Below, piece by piece: positions 58,673 to 64,000 of a stretch of 64,000 bases of DNA. The stretch's first letter is position 1; every line of letters starts with the position of its first letter. The DNA lies in assembly GCA_045863335.1 (NCBI GenBank), contig BTVY01000026.1, positions 1 to 64,000 of the forward strand, given 5' to 3'. The position numbers were made by a program, and so were the translations under genes. Origin of the DNA: Candidatus Hydrogenedentota bacterium. Its GTDB lineage: Bacteria; Hydrogenedentota; Hydrogenedentia; Hydrogenedentales; SLHB01. The notes beneath the pieces are model-generated. The model worked only from the letters and a program-made list of their open reading frames with translations. It had not been told where the DNA came from and ran no database searches.

Positions 58673-60766
58673 ATGTTGTTCGAGGTCAAAGAGCGGTTTA
58701 AGCTGTCCGAGAAGTTCATCGACCAATTCCGTGGCACCCAGCCCAAGTGGGGGCCCCTGGGCTATGTGACGTTCAAACGCACCTATGCCCGAGCGGTACC
58801 GGACGAGGGCGGGAGGACTGAAGAGTACTGGGAAACGGTACGGCGCGTGGTGGAAGGCTGCTACACCATCCAGTTGAACCACTGCCGCAACCTCAAGTTG
58901 CCCTGGAACACGCAGAAGGCGCAACGCTCCGCCCAGGAAATGTACCAGCTCATGTGGGACTTCAAGTTCCTCCCTCCGGGTCGCGGACTGTGGATGATGG
59001 GCTCGGACTACATCTACGAGCGCGGCTCGGCGGCGTTGAACAACTGCGCGTTCGTGTCGACCGACGAGATCAATTTCAATTTCTCGGAACCGTTCTGCTT
59101 TCTCATGGACATGTCGCTCCTCGGCGTCGGGGTGGCATTCGATACCAAGGGCGCAGGCACCGTCACCATTCACGATCCGAAACCCGCCGGTTATACCCAC
59201 GTCGTCGAAGACTCCAAGGAAGGCTGGGTCGACCTGGTCCGTTGTGTCTTGGAAGCCTACGCGGGCAAGGGCAAACGGCCCGCCCATATCGATTACTCGC
59301 AGATTCGTCCGGCCGGTTCGCCCATTCGCACCTTCGGCGGCATCGCCCCCGGCCCCGCGCCGTTGATTGAATGCATCGCCAATATCGACAAGGTACTGGA
59401 ACCTCGCATCGGCGACCGCATCACCTCGGCCGACATCACCGACCTCATGAACGTCATCGGCAAGTGCGTCGTGTCCGGCGGCGTCCGGCGCACGGCAGAA
59501 CTTGCTCTCGGGAATCCCGCCGACCAGGAGTACCTGCAACTCAAGGATCCCGAGCTGTACAAGGACAAGCTGATGGCATGGCGCTGGGCCTCGAACAACA
59601 GCGTCTCCGCCGACATCGGCATGGACTACCAGCAGGTCGGCATGCAGACCGCCAAGAACGGCGAACCCGGTTACTTCTGGCTGGAAAACGCGCGTGCCTT
59701 TGGCCGCCTGAAAGACGGAATCAACAACGCCGACGAGAAGGTCCAGGGCACGAACCCCTGCGCCGAGCAGAGCCTGGAATCCTACGAGATCTGCAATCTG
59801 GTCGAGACCTTCCCATCGCTGCACGAAAGCTTTGACGAATACAAGCGCACGCTGAAGTTTGCCTATCTCTACGCGAAGACCGTCACCCTCGTGCCGACCC
59901 ACAACGAACGCACCAACGCGATCATGCTGCGGAACCGCCGTATCGGATTGTCCCAGTCGGGTATCGTTGAAGCGTTCGAGAAGCACGGGCGGCGCACGCA
60001 CTTCCAGTGGTGCGACGAAGGCTACACGTATATTTGCAAGCTCGATCGGATCTACGCGCAGTGGCTGTGCATTCCGGAGAGCATCAAGAAAACCAGCGTG
60101 AAACCAAGCGGCACGGTGTCGTTGCTGCCGGGCGTCACGCCGGGAATCCATTATCCTCACTCGCAATTCTACTACCGGACGATTCGCATCGACCGGACCA
60201 GCCCCCTTGTGGAGCCTATCCGCCGCGCGGGGTATCGCATGGAGGACTCGGTCTACGGCGACAACACGCTCGTCGTGTACTTCCCCGTGAAGCAGCGCAT
60301 GTTCGAGCGCTCCAAGAATGACGTGTCCATCTGGGAACAGGTCGAGAACGTGGCGCAGATGCAGTACTACTGGGCCGACAACCAGGTCAGCGCGACGATC
60401 ACGTTCCGTCCGGAAGAGGCGCGGGACATCCCGAAGATACTGGAGTTGTACGAGCCGCGGCTGAAGTCCATCAGCTTCCTGCCGCTCGTGGAGCACAACT
60501 ACGCCCAGGCGCCCTACCAGGAGATTACGCCGGAGATGTACCACAATGCGGCCTCGAAGCTGAGAGGCCTCGACTTCGAGAACCTGAACACCGACGAAAC
60601 CTCCGACCTCTACTGCGACGGCGACAAGTGCGAACTGGTCATGGCGGAGCCGAAAGTGATTCCGCAGGAAGAGTTCCCCTTCGCCGCACCGCGCAACGGA
60701 AACGGCAACGGCCACCAGAAACCCGCCGAAGTCGGCGAAGAAAAAGAGGTCGGCGCGCCCTCGTAG
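58673..60766 (+). CDS. nrdJ: Class II (adenosylcobalamin-dependent) ribonucleotide reductase, monomeric RTPR type
   Basis: PPGRGLW, LNNCAF, TNPCAEQ, ICNLVE, VKPSGTVS, C-terminal CDGDKC; no ATP-cone seen. Confidence 0.93.
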   Translation: MLFEVKERFKLSEKFIDQFRGTQPKWGPLGYVTFKRTYARAVPDEGGRTEEYWETVRRVVEGCYTIQLNHCRNLKLPWNTQKAQRSAQEMYQLMWDFKFLPPGRGLWMMGSDYIYERGSAALNNCAFVSTDEINFNFSEPFCFLMDMSLLGVGVAFDTKGAGTVTIHDPKPAGYTHVVEDSKEGWVDLVRCVLEAYAGKGKRPAHIDYSQIRPAGSPIRTFGGIAPGPAPLIECIANIDKVLEPRIGDRITSADITDLMNVIGKCVVSGGVRRTAELALGNPADQEYLQLKDPELYKDKLMAWRWASNNSVSADIGMDYQQVGMQTAKNGEPGYFWLENARAFGRLKDGINNADEKVQGTNPCAEQSLESYEICNLVETFPSLHESFDEYKRTLKFAYLYAKTVTLVPTHNERTNAIMLRNRRIGLSQSGIVEAFEKHGRRTHFQWCDEGYTYICKLDRIYAQWLCIPESIKKTSVKPSGTVSLLPGVTPGIHYPHSQFYYRTIRIDRTSPLVEPIRRAGYRMEDSVYGDNTLVVYFPVKQRMFERSKNDVSIWEQVENVAQMQYYWADNQVSATITFRPEEARDIPKILELYEPRLKSISFLPLVEHNYAQAPYQEITPEMYHNAASKLRGLDFENLNTDETSDLYCDGDKCELVMAEPKVIPQEEFPFAAPRNGNGNGHQKPAEVGEEKEVGAPS

Positions 60767-60783
60767 AATTGCCAGCGAACGCG

Positions 60784-60821
60784 AACGGGCGGAGGACCTT
60801 CGGTCTTTCGCCCGTTTTTTT
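60784..60821 (+). terminator. Rho-independent terminator of nrdJ
   Basis: CGGGCGGAGGACC-ttc-GGTCTTTCGCCCG-TTTTTTT. Confidence 0.85.
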
Positions 60822-60893
60822 ATGTTGAGCGACGGACCGCGCCTACGGCGGGGCGAAACGCGGTCGAACACTCGCGAGCGCCAGCGCCTATTG

Positions 60894-60969
60894 TCGCTAT
60901 CGGTATCGGGATCGAAATCGCTTTGCGCTTACCATTCGATCCCGATCCCGATAGCGATTCCGATCCCGA
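60894..60969. repeat. Hexamer (CGATCC/ATCGGG) repeat array in inverted arrangement
   Basis: tcgctatcggtatcgggatcgaa ... ttcgatcccgatcccgatagcgattccgatcccga. Confidence 0.7.
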
Positions 60970-61109
60970 GAAACCACGGCCATTGATGCAAAATGACTTG
61001 CGGACTATGTTATAGCAGGGGCTCGAAGGAGGGGAACTGTACCCGACGCGTGTCTTGGTCATCGCAAGGTTGATATACTCGTACCAAGAAACCGACGAAA
61101 GGGAATCCA

Positions 61110-61415
61110 ATGAGCAGGGCCCGCATATCCTTGCCACACGACGCGATTGCCGACTTCTGCCGCAGACATCATATTCATCGCCTGGCGGTTTTTGGTTCCG
61201 TGTTACGCGACGATTTTGGACCCGAAAGCGATGTGGATATTCTCGTGGAATTCGAACCCGGGTACTGCGTGGGACTGATAACGTTCGCGGCCATGGAAAA
61301 TGAACTTTCGGACCTGATCGGCCGCAAGGTAGACCTCAATACACCCGCCGGCTTAAGTCCGTATTTCAGGAATGACGCGCTTTCGGAGGCGGAGACCCAG
61401 TATGTCGCGGCATGA
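61110..61415 (+). CDS. mntA: Minimal nucleotidyltransferase antitoxin (MntA family)
   Basis: FGSVLRDDFGPESDVDILVEF (GSX10DXD), GRKVDL. Confidence 0.9.
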   Translation: MSRARISLPHDAIADFCRRHHIHRLAVFGSVLRDDFGPESDVDILVEFEPGYCVGLITFAAMENELSDLIGRKVDLNTPAGLSPYFRNDALSEAETQYVAA

Positions 61416-61752
61416 TGACGGGGTCTACATACGTCACATGCTCGACCATGCGCGCACAGCATTGGAAATGTCTTCCGGTAGAAACCGTGCATCTCTAGAC
61501 ACGGAACCGATGTTCCGGTATGCGCTGCTTCACCTAATCTCCATCTTGGGAGAGGCGGCCGCCCGCGTTTCGGTTGCCGCCCGAGCGCGATATCCAGAAA
61601 TTGCCTGACGCGATATCGTGGGTATGCGAAGCATGCTGATACACGGGTACGATGTCATAGACTTCGATATTCTATGGAAAACCGTCGAGGACGACATTCC
61701 TGCGCTGATTGCGAAACTTGAGTCGATTCTGGAGAAGAGTCGCGACTCGTGA
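61402..61752 (+). pseudogene. hepT: HepT/DUF86 HEPN toxin with in-frame TGA at 61606-61608
   Basis: LGEAA...YPEIA*RDIVGMRSMLIHGYDVIDFDILW; the stop sits at the family Trp, upstream of the RX4HXY motif. Confidence 0.85.
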
Positions 61753-61782
61753 TGCGCCAGTAGAATTCCATACGAGGTACCC

Positions 61783-62673
61783 ATGCCCAGTCAGCAGTTT
61801 CACTCCCTGATCGCCATGGTGCGGGCGCGTCCCGCGAGTCCGGATGCCACCTTGCAGGATCGCCGGGACCGGTTTGAGCTGGTTTCCGACCTATTCCCGT
61901 TGGCGGACGACGTGATGGTGCAGGCGACGCATGCCGATGGCGTTCCGGTGGAATGGATCGACACGCCCGAGTCACGCCCCGCGGAGGTGTTGCTGTTCCT
62001 CCATGGCGGGGGGTATGCCGTGGGCTCCCTGAATACGCACCGGCACCTCGTCGCCGACCTGGCAAGGGCGGGACATGTGCGCGGGCTTTCGACGGGATAC
62101 CGGCTCGCACCGGAGCATCCTTTCCCCGCCGCCATTGAAGACGCAGCCGCCGTGTACCGCTGGCTTGTGAACGAGGGCATCGATCCCGCACGGATCGTCA
62201 TCGCGGGCGATTCCGCGGGCGGCGGTCTCACGCTGGCGACCATGCTTACCTTGCGCGACGCTGGGGACCCGCTTCCCGCGGCCGCAGTATTGCTGTCGCC
62301 TTGGACAGATCTCGCGGCCACCAGCGAATCCATCACCGCGAAGGCCGCCGTCGATCCCATGCTGACCCCCGACGACCTCCACAAGTACGCCGCGTGGTAC
62401 CTCGGCGGTCGCGACCGCAAGGACACGCTCGCCTCGCCACTCTACGCGAACCTCGCCGGTTTGCCGCCCTTATTGATCCACGTGGGCACCGCTGAGATTC
62501 TGCTCGACGACTCCGTCCTCCTGGCGGAACGCGCGCGCGCAGCCGGGGTGGACGTTTCACTCGTGGTAGAAGACGACATGATTCACGTGTGGCACTACTT
62601 CGCGCAGGTGATCCCCGAAGGCGAGCAATCTGTCCGCGACGTGGGCGCCTTCATTCGCAGGCACGTTTCGTAG
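61783..62673 (+). CDS. Alpha/beta hydrolase, HSL-family esterase
   Basis: HGGGY, YRLAPEHPFPAA, GDSAGG, E..LLDD, HVW. Confidence 0.92.
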   Translation: MPSQQFHSLIAMVRARPASPDATLQDRRDRFELVSDLFPLADDVMVQATHADGVPVEWIDTPESRPAEVLLFLHGGGYAVGSLNTHRHLVADLARAGHVRGLSTGYRLAPEHPFPAAIEDAAAVYRWLVNEGIDPARIVIAGDSAGGGLTLATMLTLRDAGDPLPAAAVLLSPWTDLAATSESITAKAAVDPMLTPDDLHKYAAWYLGGRDRKDTLASPLYANLAGLPPLLIHVGTAEILLDDSVLLAERARAAGVDVSLVVEDDMIHVWHYFAQVIPEGEQSVRDVGAFIRRHVS

Positions 62674-62688
62674 CCCGGGGGCCCGGCC

Positions 62689-64000
62689 ATGCCGACCGAA
62701 GACGATAAGCTCGACCGACTACGCTCCGAAGGCGATCTGAACCTATCGCCGCGCCGCGCGGCCTGGGCGGAATCTCATCTCGACGCGGAGACCCAGTCCT
62801 TGCTCGACGAGGACGCGAAGTACTTCCTGCACCAATCACTCTCGACGCCCTGTCTGAACGCCCTTTGCGGTGCGGACGGTATCTATCTCGAAGATGTGCA
62901 AGGCCGGCGGATCATGGATTTCCACGGCAACAGCGTGCACCAGGTGGGCTACGGGCATCCCCGCGTGATGCAGGCGATTCGCGAGCAGATGGAGACCCTG
63001 CCCTTCTGTCCGCGGCGGTACACCAACGAACCCGCGGTGGCCCTGGCGAGGAAACTCTGCGAACTCGCGCCGGGCGATCTCAACAAAGTGCTCTTCGCGC
63101 CCGGCGGCACCTCCGCCATCGGCATGGCCCTGAAACTCGCGCGCGCCGCGACGGGGCGCTTCAAGACGATCTCCATGTGGGAGTCCTTCCACGGCGCGTC
63201 GCTGGACGCCATCTCCGTCGATGGCGAAGCCATCTTCCGCAACGGCATCGGCCCCTTGCTCCCGGGGACCGAACACGTGCCGCCGCCGGACCCGTCACAC
63301 TGCCCATTCGGTTGCGCGGGAACCTGCTCGCTCAAGTGCGCGGAGTACATCGAGTACGTGTTGGAAAAGGAAGGGGACGTGGGCGCCGTCATCGCGGAGA
63401 CGATCCGTTGCACGCCCTTCATCCCGCCGCCCGACTACTGGCGCATCGTGCGCGACGCCTGCGACCGCCACGGCGCGTTGCTCATCCTCGACGAGATCCC
63501 CACCTGCCTCGGGCGGACGGGCAAGATGTTCGTGTGCGAACACTACGGCATCGTACCCGACATGCTCGTCATCGGGAAAGGCCTCGGCGGCGGCATCTTC
63601 CCGCTCGCCGCGCTCATCGCACGGGAAGGACTCGACCTTATGCCCGAGCGCGCCCTGGGCCACTACACCCACGAGAAGAATCCCGTCGCCTGCGCGGCCG
63701 GGCTCGCCACCATCGCCGTCATCGAAGAAGAAGGCCTGCTCGCCCACGCGACGGAGCTGGGCGCCTACGCCATCGAACGCTTGCGCGCCATGCAACAACG
63801 CTTCCCCATCATCGGCGACGTGCGCGGTCTCGGCCTCCAGATCGGCGTCGAACTCCTCCGCGACGGCAAACGCGCCACTGGCGAAGCGGAGCAAGTCCTG
63901 TACGCCGCCCTTACCCGCGGCCTCAGCTTCAAACTCACCATGGGCAACATCCTCACCCTCACCCCGCCCCTGACCATCACCCGCGAACAAATGGACGCGG
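62689..64000 (+). CDS. Class III PLP enzyme, PbfA-like; runs off the window end
   Basis: Open frame absent from the ORF track: RSEGDLNLSPRR...FLHQSLSTPCL, MDFHGNSVHQVGYGH, SFHGASL, ILDEIP, IGKGLGGG, YTHEKNP. Confidence 0.85.
   Translation, partial: MPTEDDKLDRLRSEGDLNLSPRRAAWAESHLDAETQSLLDEDAKYFLHQSLSTPCLNALCGADGIYLEDVQGRRIMDFHGNSVHQVGYGHPRVMQAIREQMETLPFCPRRYTNEPAVALARKLCELAPGDLNKVLFAPGGTSAIGMALKLARAATGRFKTISMWESFHGASLDAISVDGEAIFRNGIGPLLPGTEHVPPPDPSHCPFGCAGTCSLKCAEYIEYVLEKEGDVGAVIAETIRCTPFIPPPDYWRIVRDACDRHGALLILDEIPTCLGRTGKMFVCEHYGIVPDMLVIGKGLGGGIFPLAALIAREGLDLMPERALGHYTHEKNPVACAAGLATIAVIEEEGLLAHATELGAYAIERLRAMQQRFPIIGDVRGLGLQIGVELLRDGKRATGEAEQVLYAALTRGLSFKLTMGNILTLTPPLTITREQMDA

Noticed and set aside
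57811-60766. Prophage remnant (thyX + nrdJ)
   Set aside because: No phage structural or integration genes; host-type NrdR boxes and a terminator are present.

Overview
High-GC bacterial chromosomal window with about 50 genes and no prophage, integrase, IS or CRISPR array. Gene content and intergenic repeat style suggest a Hydrogenedentota/Planctomycetota-like organism (inference only). Housekeeping genes: serA, icd, galK, leuCD, mitochondrial-type aconitase, thyX, class II nrdJ with tandem NrdR boxes, and tRNA-Ser(UGA). Accessory content: an MscS-DUF2207-circularly permuted ATP-grasp/alpha-E-transglutaminase operon, two BNR glycosidases, tandem paralogues (one with an in-frame TGA), inositol oxygenase, an amino-sugar modification cluster and an MntA/HepT pair with a broken toxin. 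Most notable: (1) two tandem minor-pilin cassettes (PilV/PilW/PilX-like plus a TPR or HEAT protein) with no PilY1, whose PilX-like subunits carry large Ca-motif domains and, in cassette 2, a CxxCH heme-c motif; (2) a degenerate GGDEF-ribbon-helix-helix regulator with palindromes over its own promoter, heading a run with a five-repeat lipoprotein and leuCD; (3) a highly structured leader of about 270 nt upstream of serA. All calls come from reading motifs by eye; no database searches were run.
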